Of a stretch of 64,000 nt of DNA, positions 1 to 46,015 are shown piece after piece (position 1 is the first letter of the stretch; each line of letters opens with the position of its first letter). Source of the stretch: Amoebidium appalachense (taxonomy: Eukaryota; Protista; Ichthyosporea); contig CAVNZM010000001.1 of NCBI GenBank assembly GCA_963693365.1, positions 3,736,907 through 3,800,906 on the forward strand, written 5' to 3'. The notes below the pieces were generated by a model. The model saw nothing but the letters and a program-made list of their open reading frames with translations, was not told the origin of the DNA and searched no databases. The translations under genes and the position numbers were made by a program.

Positions 1-47
1 ACCCATCCCACCACACCCACACTAATTTAATCCCCTGCATGAGCTAA

Positions 48-12569
<12,522 letters not shown>

Positions 12570-13289
12570 GTTGCCGTTCTGCCCTGTCTCTACGTATCAG
12601 TGGGTTATCAACAAGCAAAAGCCAGGATTATATGCTCTGTGTGTGCGGCTAAGAGCTTATCTTACTCTTGGTTTGCGACCTATGTTTACCAAGCAAGGTT
12701 AGTGCTCTGATGTGACGTCCGGTACTAGATGGTTGGTAAGGGCAAGGGCATGCCCCGGCACACACGCACACCAAATACAAGCTTTAGGCCCCGCTTAGTG
12801 CCAAGCACGAGCGAGCTATTAAATTCAGACTGGCACACACCTTGTATAATACGTGGCTGTGTCCTTCCCTCCCGAGTTACAACTCTCTCAGACCTGCCGC
12901 GGCTCGGTGCTCTGAATGGCCCGGCCGCTTTGTTCCAGTCTCAGCTGTCTCAGTGACGTCAGAGATGGGTCAATAGACCCCAATACATATTTCTAATATT
13001 CAGATAGTTTCTGCCCCGAGAGTCACGAAATGTCGCCTTGGTTACGTGGGGTTTTATACCTTTGCTTTTTGGGTGGCTCACGGTGAGTCAGAGAAAGACA
13101 GCCTTCACTTTGACGTGAGGAATGATTACAAAAGGTGGATGAGAGTGTGTGTAGCTTTGTGAAATGCCATAGCTTTGCTGTAGAAAAGCCCCAGACTTTT
13201 ATACACGCACACCTCTTTGAAGTCCATCTATTCCTGCTGCTGCAGATAAACACATATACACCCCTTCTCCACTCTTTTATCCCTTGAAG
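12570..13289. promoter_or_regulatory. Putative bidirectional promoter between RTF1 and the DSP-like gene
   Basis: 720-bp microsatellite-free interval between two divergent ATGs. Contains a CRE-type palindrome TGACGTCA at 12954-12961 and TGACGT half-sites at ~12713 and ~13111. Confidence 0.55.
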
Positions 13290-13717
13290 ATGGTGCGTTT
13301 CTTTGTGGGCCGCAAGCAGCCCGGGTCAACGGTGCTTCTTTCTGAGGCCCACCATGTTGTCGAGGTTCCTCCGTATGTGCCCCCCCCCACCCCCCTACCC
13401 CCCCCCTCCCCCCGACCCCCCCTCCTCCTCCCCGGCCTCTCCGTCTCTCGGCACGCGTCTTTCCTTGTTCCAGCTATAACATGCATTTCCCCCAAATGTT
13501 GTGTAGATGGTAAAGGTAAAAAGATGAATCAGGGCACAGGTCCAACTATGAGGGAAAGCACACAAATAGTATGTTTGTTATAGGGAAATCTCAGTTATTG
13601 TGCACACACGCAATGTGCCCAAGCATGCAAGTCCACACAGACAGACACGTCCGTGCTAATGTAGACTCACACACATACACATACATATACTCACACACAT
13701 GCACACACAAACACACC

Positions 13718-13767
<50 letters not shown>

Positions 13768-13882
13768 AAACACGCACACACACACACACAGAGAGAGAGA
13801 GACACATACACACACACACACACACACGCACATGCACAGAAGTTCATACAGGCACGCACACACGCACACAGACACACTTTCA

Positions 13883-13914
<32 letters not shown>

Positions 13915-13951
13915 GAGCCCCCCTCCTCTGCCCTCCACACACACACATACT

Positions 13952-14043
<92 letters not shown>

Positions 14044-14192
14044 TTGCGAAACTTTGTGCTGTCGTTGCAGATGACGTCTTGTCATGCTTTCGCACCTGTT
14101 GATCTCCTCTGGTGTTAGGACTCAATCTTGCCTGGTTTTAAGTTTTATTTAACACTGGTATTACACACAATCCATGTTTGCGCCAACACTCG

Positions 14193-14242
<50 letters not shown>

Positions 14243-15461
14243 CGCAGACACACGCACACACGCACACACACACACAAACACACACAGACACACACAAACA
14301 CAGACACACACATGCAGGCAGACACACACACGCACACGCTCACTCACACACACAAACACACGTGCGCGTGGGCGCACACACACACACATACACACACACA
14401 GGCACATGCTGCCCCCCGTCACCGAGGGGTCCCTTGTGGACATGGAGCTAAGAATAGATTGGAAGGAGACGGAGGGCCGCAAGAAGGCCTTTAAGAATCT
14501 GCAACAGGAGATACTGGATTTGGCTGAGAGCGGTGCGTGTTGGTTTTTTTTTTCATTTTTCTTCCTTCTTTTTCTTTCTTTTTTTTTTTTTCCTTTTCTT
14601 TTTTTTCTTTCTTTCTTTTTTTTTTTTTTTTTTTTTTTGGGGGGGGGGGGGGGGAGGGGGGGGGGAGGGGTATATAATGACGTACTTTTATTAGTGAAGG
14701 ATGAGGAAATGGTGAGCTGGGAGGGTGTTATTAAGTGCGCTCCTAGGGGAGGGGGGACGGGGTGGTGGTTTGTGTTGTGAGAAGTAGGGGGGGAGGAGGG
14801 AGGGAGGTCTCGGGTCACGTTTAGGCCCCAGGCACGTGTTTATTGTCGAACATTTTTGAGGTGTTTGGGACTACGTGGTGCCATGACATGGGGTCGTGGC
14901 GTTGGGATTGGGAGGGGGGGGGGGGGGGGGGGGGGGGGGGATGAGTTGGGGGGGGGGGGGGGGGGGGGGGGGTTGTTGGACGGTGTGGGTGGGCACGGAG
15001 CAGCCCCGGGGGAGGGAGAGGGGGGAGGGATGGGTTGGGGGGAGGGGGGGGAGGATGGGGAGATGTGTGTGCAGGGGGGGGGGGGGGGGGGGGGGGGTTG
15101 GTAGTGTGGGTTTTGTGTGTGTGTTTTAGGGGGGGGGGGGGGGGGGGGTCGGTAGTTTTTTTCGGTTTGGGGGGTTGAAAAGGGTGAAATGTCGGGATGG
15201 GGGAGAGAGAGAGAGACCGCGGTGTCGTATGTGGAGGGCGGGGAGGAGGGGGGCGGGGGATGGGGGGGTTTGGCAGGATTGTGGATTCGGAGGAGGGCAT
15301 GAGACTAACAACATGGGCTCAGACTACTTCATCAACACCCCACCAGCGCTGTGTGTCTATCCCGACACCACCGAGATACAGCCCACAGCCCTCTACGTGC
15401 ACCTCTCTAAGGAGCCCCTGAATAAGGATGTAAGCGTCTTTTTTTTTGTGTGTGTGTGTGT

Positions 15462-15535
<74 letters not shown>

Positions 15536-15692
15536 AAATTAACTCTCAGTGTTAAAGGTGGATTGAGGTTAGGATGGATAGGTGTGTGGGTGAATGGGTT
15601 TTACGTTGTGCAAGGATGGTTGTGTCGACATGTGGCACCTTTTTATCTATTAGTTTTGTTTTTATAAATTATTTTTTTTAGTTTTTTTTTTT

Positions 15693-15733
<41 letters not shown>

Positions 15734-16204
15734 GAGGGGGGGGGGGGGGGGTAGGTGTATGACTCCATATTTGTCTCCGAAGATATCTGACCAACGGTGG
15801 TGTCGTGGTTGGGAGGGGACGGGGGAGGGGGGGGGGGGCGGGGGGTAACTAAGGGTAGGAGTAGGTGGGCCAGAAAATGAGCACGGGCAATATCTGGCCG
15901 CGGGCGGTAGGTGGATGTGCCATGCGGCTTGGGGCTCCGGTGGCTCTGCCCCTACCTACCCTGTACTCATTCTAGACCACCCCCCTCCCCATCCCCCAAC
16001 TCCCCGGTGTCTCTGCTCTTAATCTTTACGGGCTCAATATTCACTTTTGTTAACCTCTGCTTCCCTCCCCACTCGATATCCTCATGCCCGACATGTTCCA
16101 CATGCACACGTCCTTAACCACCCGCGCACAATATGCACACACACGCAAACACGTGTACATACATGTTTACGCACCCGGATACACCCATGCATGCACATGC
16201 ACTA

Positions 16205-16243
<39 letters not shown>

Positions 16244-16959
16244 GTACACACACAGGAGCTAGCCAAACTCGGTGTCAAGTACGTGCTTGAGGTGATCGAG
16301 GGGGAGCACAGCTGCCCCTTGGACCTCCCCTACATGTACAAGCACATCGAGATGGTGGAAGGCACTAGAATCATCGACCACCTTCTGGACGAGGCCGTGG
16401 ATTATATTCGTACGTGTCACTAATACTTAGTAGTCATGTGGGTGTGTGTGGGTGGGTGGGTGGGTGGGTGGGTGGGTGGGTGGGTGGGTGGGTGGGGGTG
16501 AGGGGGATGGGGGGGGGGGGGGAGAAGAGGGGGAGGGGGGGGGGGGGGGGGAAGATGTTGGAACGCTTGGTTTTGTTGTGATGGCGTTTAGGGCAGGGAG
16601 AACGGACGGTTTTTTGGGGGGGAGGGGGGCGGCGGGGGGGGGGGGGGGGGGGGGGGGGGGGGATGGGTAGAAAATGTGAGGATGGTAGGGTTTGCTGTGG
16701 TAAATAAAGGTAAGGGCAGTCAAAAGTAAGACATGAATCTCCCCTAGTAGTTCAGGTATATTCACGACCTCACCCCCCCATAAAAAGGCACTTCATGCAC
16801 AGGCACACTGCACTGCCACCCATCAACCCAATCACCTCTGGATAACTGGTTGTGTTTTATGTTTCCCGTTGGTCCCTTTGTGTCCTTTTGCTGAACCATT
16901 CCCGGCACCTTTGCCCCAGGTCATACACATGCAGCGACGGGCGTGCACGCGCACAAGCA

Positions 16960-17031
<72 letters not shown>

Positions 17032-17671
17032 AGGGGCTGCAGACAGGCAAGGCTGTGATGCTGCACGGGCTGACTGACCCAGTGGCCTGCTTTGCCATTG
17101 CCTACTTTATGCGCTGTAGAGGGCTCAGGTTGGGCATTGCTGCAGAGCACGTGCGCAAGCGCCTCCCTGGTGTGGCCCCAAATTTCGGTACGCAGCCCCT
17201 GCCCCCTCCCAAGTTATGCATTCAAGACATCCCCTCCCCCCCCCCCCCCCCCCCTCCCCCCCCCCTCCCCCTTTCCCCCCCCCCCCTCCCCCCCCCTCCC
17301 CCCCCCCCCCCCCCCCCCCCCCCGAAGGAGAGGGGGAGATAGATAGAAGAGGCAGGGAGGTTTGGGGGGGGGGGGGGGGGGGGGGGGGTATCGGCTAAAA
17401 AGAGGACGAAGATTTCGGGGCCATTGTGTTGCATTATGATACGGGGGCGGGGGGAGTTTAGGGGGGGTGGGGGGAGGAGGGGGGAGGGGCTGCAAACATG
17501 TGTGATTGCACATTGTATTGTATCCCTTTACGCCGTGACCTACGGCCTAGTGCCCCCTGAAGGGATGGCTATGATGGAAATGTGTCTCCCCAACCCCCAT
17601 CTTCTCCCGCATCACTCTGTTGAAGACCTGGCCGTCCTTTTCCTGCATGCGTGTTCTTTTCCTATCGATTG

Positions 17672-17717
<46 letters not shown>

Positions 17718-18051
17718 AAAAAAAAAAGAACGCACACAGAATCTGCACAAACAGGTACACACACACCCACACAGACACACACACATACACACTCACTTTT
17801 GGCCCTTCTCCTTGGCCCCCTCCCCTCCCTCTCGCCCAACGCCCCCCTCCCCCCTCCCCCCCCCCCCCCCCCTCCTCCTTCTGCTTATTATGCATACTCT
17901 TTATGTATGGCTTGCATTCTGCATCGTGTTATCCGTTTGTTCTTGTGTACTTCGTACTTTTTGACGCATTCAAACCCCCCCCCCCCTCCTCCTTGCCCCC
18001 CTTCCCCTCTCCCCCCCTCCTCTCCCCCCCCCCCCCCCTCCCCCCAAACAA

Positions 18052-18128
<77 letters not shown>

Positions 18129-18334
18129 CAGCGTTCATCTCGCAGCTGCAGACATACGAGCAGGGTGTGTTCAGCCTGATCGACAGCACATATCTGGCCA
18201 AGTACGTCATGGAGACCCTACCAGGGTGGGATGCAACGTTGGAGGATGTGCGGAAGGCCCTAGAAGACAACAACAATGACGTGTCTAAGGCCATGGATGT
18301 CTTGTGTCCCTCTGGCGCACGTGTGCAGCCATAG
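13290..18334 (+). CDS. Dual-specificity phosphatase-fold protein, predicted catalytically dead, with C-terminal CUE/UBA-like segment (~278 aa; 3' end may extend)
   Basis: Exons 13290-13372, 14402-14532, 15323-15429, 16256-16409, 17029-17187, 18132-18334, all phase-compatible. DSP landmarks: [26 protein letters not shown]...[44 protein letters not shown]-terminus [37 protein letters not shown]. Confidence 0.85.
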
Positions 18335-19632
18335 GGGGGTGGGGGGGGTGTGGGGGGGGGAGGGGTGTGTGTGTGGGGGGGGGGGGGGGGGGGGAGGAGA
18401 GGAGGGTATGTGGTTGTCGGCTTTGTGAAAGATGGGGCGGGGAGGGAAGGTTGTGAAGTAGGAAATGGTAAATGCAGGGGGGGGAAGGGGAGGGTTCTTT
18501 TCTAACGAGCAATTCTGCACATGTGTGGAAAGTTTATCATACATAAGGTGGTGTGGCTGGTCATAAAACCAGGGCTACGCCGAATTGGAATATTGCTGAG
18601 TCGATAAATCCGCAACAACATGAGCATTTGGTGGTTTGTTTTCTTGTGTAAGGGCTCGAGGGAAAACAAACTGAGAAGAATACAAGTTGCACTTTTTTGA
18701 TAGGTGAATGTGATAGTTCCCATGAAATTTCGTAGTGCTTTGCTATAAACGCCCTTTGTACATAGCTGTCTTGGGGTCCTTTTTCGACTTGGAAATTTCG
18801 GCACGGTGTGCCAGGATATTTGAATGCCACAGGATTTTATCACGTGCAATCCGATCTACAGCAAGCACTGTAATCACCCACCCTTCCTTTCCCCCCCAAC
18901 AACCACCGCCCATCACCACCACATCAAACCCAATCCTTAATGCTCCCGATAATCCCCCAGAGGGGAAAACGCTCCACAGCGTTGTATGGTACGAGCTCGA
19001 GGACAAAGTTAACATACTATTAGCTTTATATTTAGAATATGTTTTAGAGGTGCAGTATCATATCAGCGCTTGCAACTGAAAACTTTTCTACTGGTCACCC
19101 ACCACGTGTTAGATTATTCCTTTTTCCTTTAAATTTCCATCCTTCCCCATATATACACGGTGGTTTCTTTGGCTTGTCCTCAAGGGGATCGAGATGAAAG
19201 TTCACTCACCTAGTAAAACAACTCGAAGAGAGATTGCCATGTACTACTGTTGATAGTCGCATCCTCCGGCTATTGGGTTAAACCCCCCGGAAGTTTCTGT
19301 GGTGTGCGAGGGGGTGCCAGTAGCCTATGATTACATTCCCTACATAGTCTGCAGGCAAAAATACCTTTTCAGGGGCTTACGCAAAGCAAGGGTTAGGGGT
19401 GAGCATGTGGACATGTGCTGCATTCCTGCTACCTTTGAAGGTAGCTCTTGTTTTTTTTGGCCGACGAACACTTTCCCAGCTGCAGTGAAGACTGATCACA
19501 CGCCAACTCATACCCTTGAAAAAAAGAAGTAGACAGTCACTTGGTCATACGACGACTGAGGCCACAGTCGCACGTGGCTGGCTGCATTCAGGTGGGAGCA
19601 GAAGGCAGCGTGGGCAGTGTAAGGGTAACAAG

Positions 19633-19669
<37 letters not shown>

Positions 19670-20319
19670 TTGGGAGGATGGGGTTGTTGATGGTGAAGCC
19701 AAATTTGCGATCAACAATTGCAACCAGATTCATTTTAATCAAATTTCTTTTGCACCCTAATGAGGTTCACTAAGTGTCGCAGTGCATGACACGGCCACAG
19801 GCTAATGTCCAAATATATGTTCTGGCTACTGGGGTGGTGTAGCCAAATTTATAAACCCACAGAAATCGAAAGAATATTCGAAAGAAATCTCCGATTATTT
19901 TAAGGTATGTAAACAACAAGAAGAAACCCCCTTAGAGGATGGATATATGCCACTGGCCTGGTTGCAGTGTTTTAAACTACATTCCAAAAGATGTAAATCA
20001 TCCTACTCAAAACACAAGTAAGGTGCTAGTTGTGATTTAACGTCATTCTAGAGTTAAATTCGTGTCATTCCGCGCGTGTTAGTCGACAAATCAATTTAAG
20101 TATTCCAGTCGTGTGTTTGCCGATTTTGTGCTTGCGAGTAGCGGTATTATGTCGTTACATATAAACCACACAACACAGCTAGTACTCCTGGCTTATTCGC
20201 CACAGGCATGTATGCCTGCATATATCTGCTGTCTGTTTCATATGTGGCTGTATCAGGAGAGCATGTGCACACCATGCCATCTCTGCCTATCCCCATGTGT
20301 GTGCATGTGTGTTTCAAAG

Positions 20320-39796
<19,477 letters not shown>

Positions 39797-39990
39797 GGAG
39801 GTCTTGATTGGAGCCAACAATGCAGGATCCACATCTGAGGAAAGCCGTGGGATGAACATTTGGGTACTACAACGGACAAGAGGTTGAAATCCGTGTGATT
39901 GTATAGAAGACAGTGAAGAGCTCGTGTCAAGGTGTGGATGTGTGTTGGGCGGGGTACACGTGTTTGCGCATGTGTATGTGTGTGTGCGTT

Positions 39991-40091
<101 letters not shown>

Positions 40092-40201
40092 TGTGTGTGT
40101 GTGCGCGCACACACACGTGTATGTAGAGCATGCATGCATGTGTGTGTGTGCATGTGTGTGTATGTGCGCGCATGTGTGCGTGTGCCCATGCGCTTGCTTG
40201 C

Positions 40202-40318
<117 letters not shown>

Positions 40319-40605
40319 TGTGTTTAGAAAGGCAAATGGAATATGCCTGCCTGTGTCCACGTTGCGGGCAATTGCATATATGTGTGCACAGTTGCCACTG
40401 GGATTGTGGACTGCATACAGTTTGTTGCCAACTAACTAACTGTACATCGGTATGTGCATGTAGGCGCTTTCAAGTTGGTGTTCCTGTGCGCATATATGCA
40501 CTTGTTGAATAGCCGTGTATATGTGCATATACGCAGCCACGACGTGCATGATCCAATCAGCATGTGCTTGTGAGTAACGTAGGAGTGTGTGTGCGAGCCG
40601 GTGGA

Positions 40606-40648
<43 letters not shown>

Positions 40649-41715
40649 TGTGCGCATGCTCGGTAGATTTGATAACGTGCTTATGGGCATACACTTATTG
40701 GTGTGTGAGTGTGTATTTGCATGCTCAAGACCATCAGTACTTGTGCGTGAACTTGTGCAGGCACATGCATGCATGGGTGGCCCATGGTGTGTTTCTGTGC
40801 TTGCATGTGCCTGTGCCTGTGTATGTACAAAATCTTTGATGGTCTAATCACGTGTGTGTGTGCATGTGTCTGTGAGTTCGCACGCGTATGTGTGTGAGTG
40901 TGTGCGCGTAGGTAAATGGTATGATTATTGGAGGTAGGTGGGCTGGAGTGTGCTCCCATGCTACACGCGATGTGCGCACTGCATCTGCATTCAGCATACA
41001 TGTGCACGTGTGAGGTGTGTGTAAGTCACGATATAGGTAGGTGAATGCTGATGATTGGCTGTAGTGATACCTCCCCCTTTTTTTTTAAAGGGAAAAGTAA
41101 AGCACAAGGCCGTGAGGGAAGGCCGGGTGGGTGGGTGGGGGGAGGGGGGGGGGGGGGAGGGGGGGGGGGAGGGGGGGGGGGAGGGGGGGAGGGGTTGGCT
41201 CAGTATGTGTTAAGTCAATGATGAGGTGGTGGGAGATATAAAGGTTCACACTGAAGCTATGTCAAGTATTATAGGGAACATGGAAGGCAAATCAGAACAT
41301 GCCGCAACTGAGCATCCCGTGTGGACTTACAGCGCCAATGCACAAACAAGAAAAAATTCAAGGAAACGCACCGTCCAAGTTTAGACTGTTGGGGTCAACC
41401 CCCTCCAAGTCGAAGTTTGATAAGTCGAGTCCCAGCGGCTGTGAGGACAGACCCCAGTTAGCACCCACAGAGGAAAGTCACGGTCACAGAAACTCCATTG
41501 AACGTGTGAAAATTTTTCGCTAGCTTGGCCAAAAACAACTTTCATCGTCGCCCCAATATTCGCCCTATGCTTTATCCCACCACTTATTCGGGGCTTCCTT
41601 GTGCTTTGGAAGCTGTATACGGAAGCAGCAGGGTAACAGGCCTGACATCGTTATGGCAAGGATGTGTAATTTTTGGTTTCACGACGACAAGATCTGTGGG
41701 TGCGTTACTCACCAT

Positions 41716-43620
41716 TTTGGTGGTATCCTCCCAGGCGGAAAAAATTTCCTGGTTTGCCAACCTTCCCTTTCCTGGTTTAAATTCTCGTACACGCGTCCCT
41801 TCAGTTCTATCCTTCCTGTCACCACTTCGTTTCGTGTGAACACCTGTAAACACTACCAAACAACTGGTGTCTGGGCTATCATCTCGCTAATACACGCAGC
41901 TAAAACTCTTTTCCCCTCCGTAGTAGCTATTAAAATAGAGGTAAAAGATAGTCAACCCCGCCCACGCAAGCACAAGAAAACAGCCTGGGGTAATAAAGCT
42001 TGAGAAAAAGCACACACGCGACGTCTGTTGCGTGTGCTGAAGTGTTGCGCGCAGACGACACAGGCGAAAACATGTTGCGCTGTGATTGGCTTAAAGTGGA
42101 CCAGCGCGTGATTGGATAAAGAAGAGCAGATTGCCCAGAGCTAATCAAAATAGTTATGCTATAAGCCATTTACTATTTATGGTTATTAAGTTTCGTAGCG
42201 GCGCAAGTGTCGGTACACCAATTGGCTCTGTGGAAATTCGCAAAGCGTGAGCTTAAACCAATCAACATCGATTTTTGATTTCTAATGCAATGGACACGCA
42301 AAGGTTTACAGAGAGTCATCTAGGTCCAGAAGCTCATTGTTAGAGGTACATTTATACTTGAGCTTCATCCCAGTTACTGTTTTTCTATAATATGTAGGGG
42401 GGAAATGCGTTTAGTTAGCACAAACTGGCGGATTTCAACGCCGTCTACAGGCCGCGGTGGTGCAAATTCCTATTTCTTCTTACCAATCAGTGAAAAATAG
42501 TATCTGGTATAAATGCCGGTGCGCGTAACCTGCCTGATCGGGAAGGTATTTTGCCAGTCGCAGATATATAACCGGGTGAGAGACTGGCACCCCAACAGTT
42601 CCGTTCGATCGGAGCCAGAGAAACTTTAGCTTTGTTTGTGGCTGTTTGGTATGGGTAGGTGACTATCAGAAATGACCTTTGGCGCAATAAAAAGAGCTTG
42701 TGCATTGGGGTAAAATGCTTGAGGTTGTGGCCTGCGCGCAGCGGCAGCTGCGGTCAGCAGTAACCCTCGAAATCACATAGGACGTTCACACACCAAAACT
42801 GTGCGCAAATTTATGCAATAATTACGCACATGACCGGATAAACCAATAAATCCAGGCATGCCACTACATCCAACAGAACTTTCTCCATTTCTGCATTGTG
42901 AATAATATTTGTGTGCCTGTGCACGTGGTTTGCGTGTGCCGCCCTCGGCACACCCCGTATGATTGTTGTGTTGATAGTCAGCACAGGGTACATGTTTGGT
43001 GCTATTCATGTTGTTGGGGTGCTCGCAGTCGATCTCCGTGCCAAATAAAGTGCAAAAACTATGTCATGCCCACGAACATACAGAGTCATTATTTCGCTTG
43101 GTGTGTGTGCTATGCTATATATGGGAGCTATAGTCACCATATCACCTAAGTTGCAGAAGTTCAAGTACACACTCTACTCCCCACCCCCAACCCCTCCCCT
43201 CTTCCACCTCCCTTTTGCAGCTTAAACTGATTCGTCCTTTGATTCTGCAAGATCATCCTATCATATTGCATTCTACACGTGTCCACAACCCGAAAACCAT
43301 AAAAAAAAAAACCTGCTTCTGTAACGTCCCCCGTGACTTTTTACGAGCTAGTAAGATTCTGTTGTGCACCAATTGCATGTATGCATGAAATTGCTGGCAA
43401 TCAGGCGCCAACATCCATTAGCAACCGGTGAACGTTGGGACCTGTGGTTCACGGCACTACCGTATTGACTCGTATTAGTACAGGCTAAGAAATAAGTTTT
43501 CGGGAACTCGTGTAAACTTGCATTGCAATTGTGCTTGCCTTTCCGCTGCTCACCCAGTTTCCCTTTCTTTTCATTTTTCCGGTTTTCCGAGCTTCTAGCT
43601 CAACTTTCTCATCGACCAAC
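41716..43620. promoter_or_regulatory. Divergent promoter region (myosin / surface-protein gene) with clustered CCAAT boxes
   Basis: Microsatellite-free interval. ATTGG/CCAAT at ~42085, ~42111, ~42218, ~42258, ~42483 and ~42843. Confidence 0.45.
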
Positions 43621-43720
43621 ATGACTTGGGCATTAAGAACATTTGTTGTTGCTGCGCTTGCAGCCATACTACGAACCGGTCAAGGTACATATCACCCTAC
43701 CGTTAGAAGCAACACGGTGT

Positions 43721-43756
<36 letters not shown>

Positions 43757-43940
43757 GGGGGGGGGGACACAGAGGCCAAAATGCACAGAAGCACTCACGC
43801 CTGTGTAAGCATGCACACATATACCAACCGCACACACGCACACACACACCGTGGCATACGCATTGCGGTGCGCTCTATTTGTGTTTGCACATGTATGACG
43901 TGTTCCGCCGTTTTTTTAATAACATCTACCCCTCCCCCCC

Positions 43941-43983
<43 letters not shown>

Positions 43984-44740
43984 GGGAAAAAAAAAACAAA
44001 AAAAAAAACAAAAAAAAAAAACAGACATACCTCTTTTTTCCGCGGCTCCTCATCATATCAATCATACAGGTGCCGCTCGGATAGGTGCCCACTTGGAGCA
44101 TTTCACACGCTGACCTATCTATTGCCATTTAACCATTGATCAACACCTCTTACTCTCGCCCTCTACCCGTTCGACTCCTTTCCCCCCCACAACGCCAAAC
44201 AAACCAACGCCATGCCTCTTCTCCACCGTACTCAGACTAACAATAATACCTTTTCTTACCTCTACCACCCATGCCCCCTGCAGGTGAGCAGGTGTGCTTC
44301 TACAGTGGAAAGGGATGCACGGGGGTTGAGAAATGCACGCAGACAAAACCAAACACCAACGCCTGCATTCCAGCAGCACTGGGCACACACGCCATCCTGA
44401 ACCAGGTATGATGGTCACCCTACATACTAGGCTGATAGCCCGGAAAGACATGTGCATGCAGTTTGCAGCTACTTAACTGGTGCACAGCAAACATCCTCAC
44501 CTTGAATATGTTTGTGCTGTTACCACAAACTAATTGTTTGTTGATTACTACGGATACAGGGTTTGGGTTCACCGGTTGAGGTCACAACAGTACTGTAGCT
44601 GGGTTTAAGTTTGTGCAGGGTCTCAAAGCTTGCAACTTTGCACATATCACTGCTTCCCCCGCTTCCCCAGCACGTGCACTGCTGCAACCAACTGTATAAA
44701 GTAACAGTAGTCTTTCTGTAACCAACCCTCCTCCCTCCCC

Positions 44741-44771
<31 letters not shown>

Positions 44772-45041
44772 AAAAAAAAAAATCCTCCCTGCTTCCCTTC
44801 CTTCTCTTGCATGTGTTCCCTCCTCCCCTCCCCCCCCCCCCCTGTCCTCCCCTCCTTCCCCCCCCCCCCTCCCCCCCACCCTTTTCCTCTCTCTCTCCCT
44901 CCCCCCCTCCCCCCACCCGCCTTCCGCCTCCCCCTCCCCAAAAGCCTCTTTCTCTTCTCTCTGCATCCTGTGTGCCCTCCCCCCTCCCCCCACCCCCTGC
45001 TCACCCATCCACCCCTTCTCCCTCCCGTCATCCCCCCTCCC

Positions 45042-45076
<35 letters not shown>

Positions 45077-46015
45077 CGTGTTCTCGGACTCCCTCCACAC
45101 ACAAACGGCACCCACCCCCTCCCCCCTCCTCCCCCAACAGATGTCAGCGCTCGAGGGTGGGCAGTACCAGCTTGTGATCTACCCCGACCCGTTGTGCATT
45201 GCCCCCTTCCTGCGCGTGTCCGCACCCCTTAACGTGTGCACAGACACATCCCCCATCCCCGTGGTCGGTGACGTGTCCCTTAGGGTGCTGCCTGACCCTC
45301 CCAACTCCACAACCACTACATTCCGTAAGTCTTGTCTTACATTGGAACAGTCCTATGGAACCTCCCTCCCTCCCCTCCCCCTCCCCTTTCCCCCGCTCCC
45401 CTTCCTCCCCCCCCCCCCCCCCCTCCCCCCCCCCCCCCCCCCTTCGCGATGTTCCTGAATTTTTGCATCGTGTGGATAATAGTATGGATTACCCCACTTA
45501 GCCGCCACTACATTGCTTTAGTCTTGCATTGTATGACCGTTGCCACGTGGGCGATCTCACTAACCACCCCAGTCGGGATGAGATTTCGTTTCAATTTTCC
45601 TTTCAGCCTTCCCCCCCTCCCCCCCCCCCCCTCCCCCCCCCCCCCGGCCCCTCCTCATCCTAACACACAACACACACACACACACCTGTCCGCTCGCTTG
45701 CGCTCAACCCCCATTCTAAATTACGTTCGGAACGAGCAAACGTGAGACTATTGGTCCTCCCAGGTTGCCCGTTATCATAAACTGCCAGTCAGAACATAAT
45801 GCGAGTTATAAGTTATTAAACTCCATGGGCCCACAGATCCTTCCACCACCACCCCAACCACCACCGTGGCCCCACCTCTCCCCACCACTGCCGCCATCAA
45901 CACACCCACTGCTGAAGCCACCCCCACCACCTCAACCGGCCACGTGATTTCGATTCGGTTTGATTGGCTGGCTGGGGTCCTTGCCATTGTGACCATGTGG
46001 ATGGTGGCCATGTGA
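43621..46015 (+). CDS. Small secreted Cys-rich surface protein with Thr/Pro-rich stalk and probable GPI-anchor signal (~182 aa)
   Basis: Exons 43621-43684, 44284-44405, 45141-45324, 45837-46015, all in phase. Signal peptide MTWALRTFVVAALAAILRTGQG; Cys-rich EQVCFYSGKGCTGVEKC...NAC...LVIYPDPLC...NVC; stalk PSTTTPTTTVAPPLPTTAAINTPTAEATPTTSTG; hydrophobic tail WLAGVLAIVTMWMVAM*. An alternative acceptor at 45763 would end the protein RCPLS*. Confidence 0.78.

Noticed and set aside
14071-14118. Possible extra DSP exon after TTGCAG at 14070
   Set aside because: In the required phase it gives an immediate stop; exon 1 joins 14402 cleanly.
18569-19300. CAGGG-starting sequence as another hAT end
   Set aside because: No matching inverted end or 8-bp TSD found.
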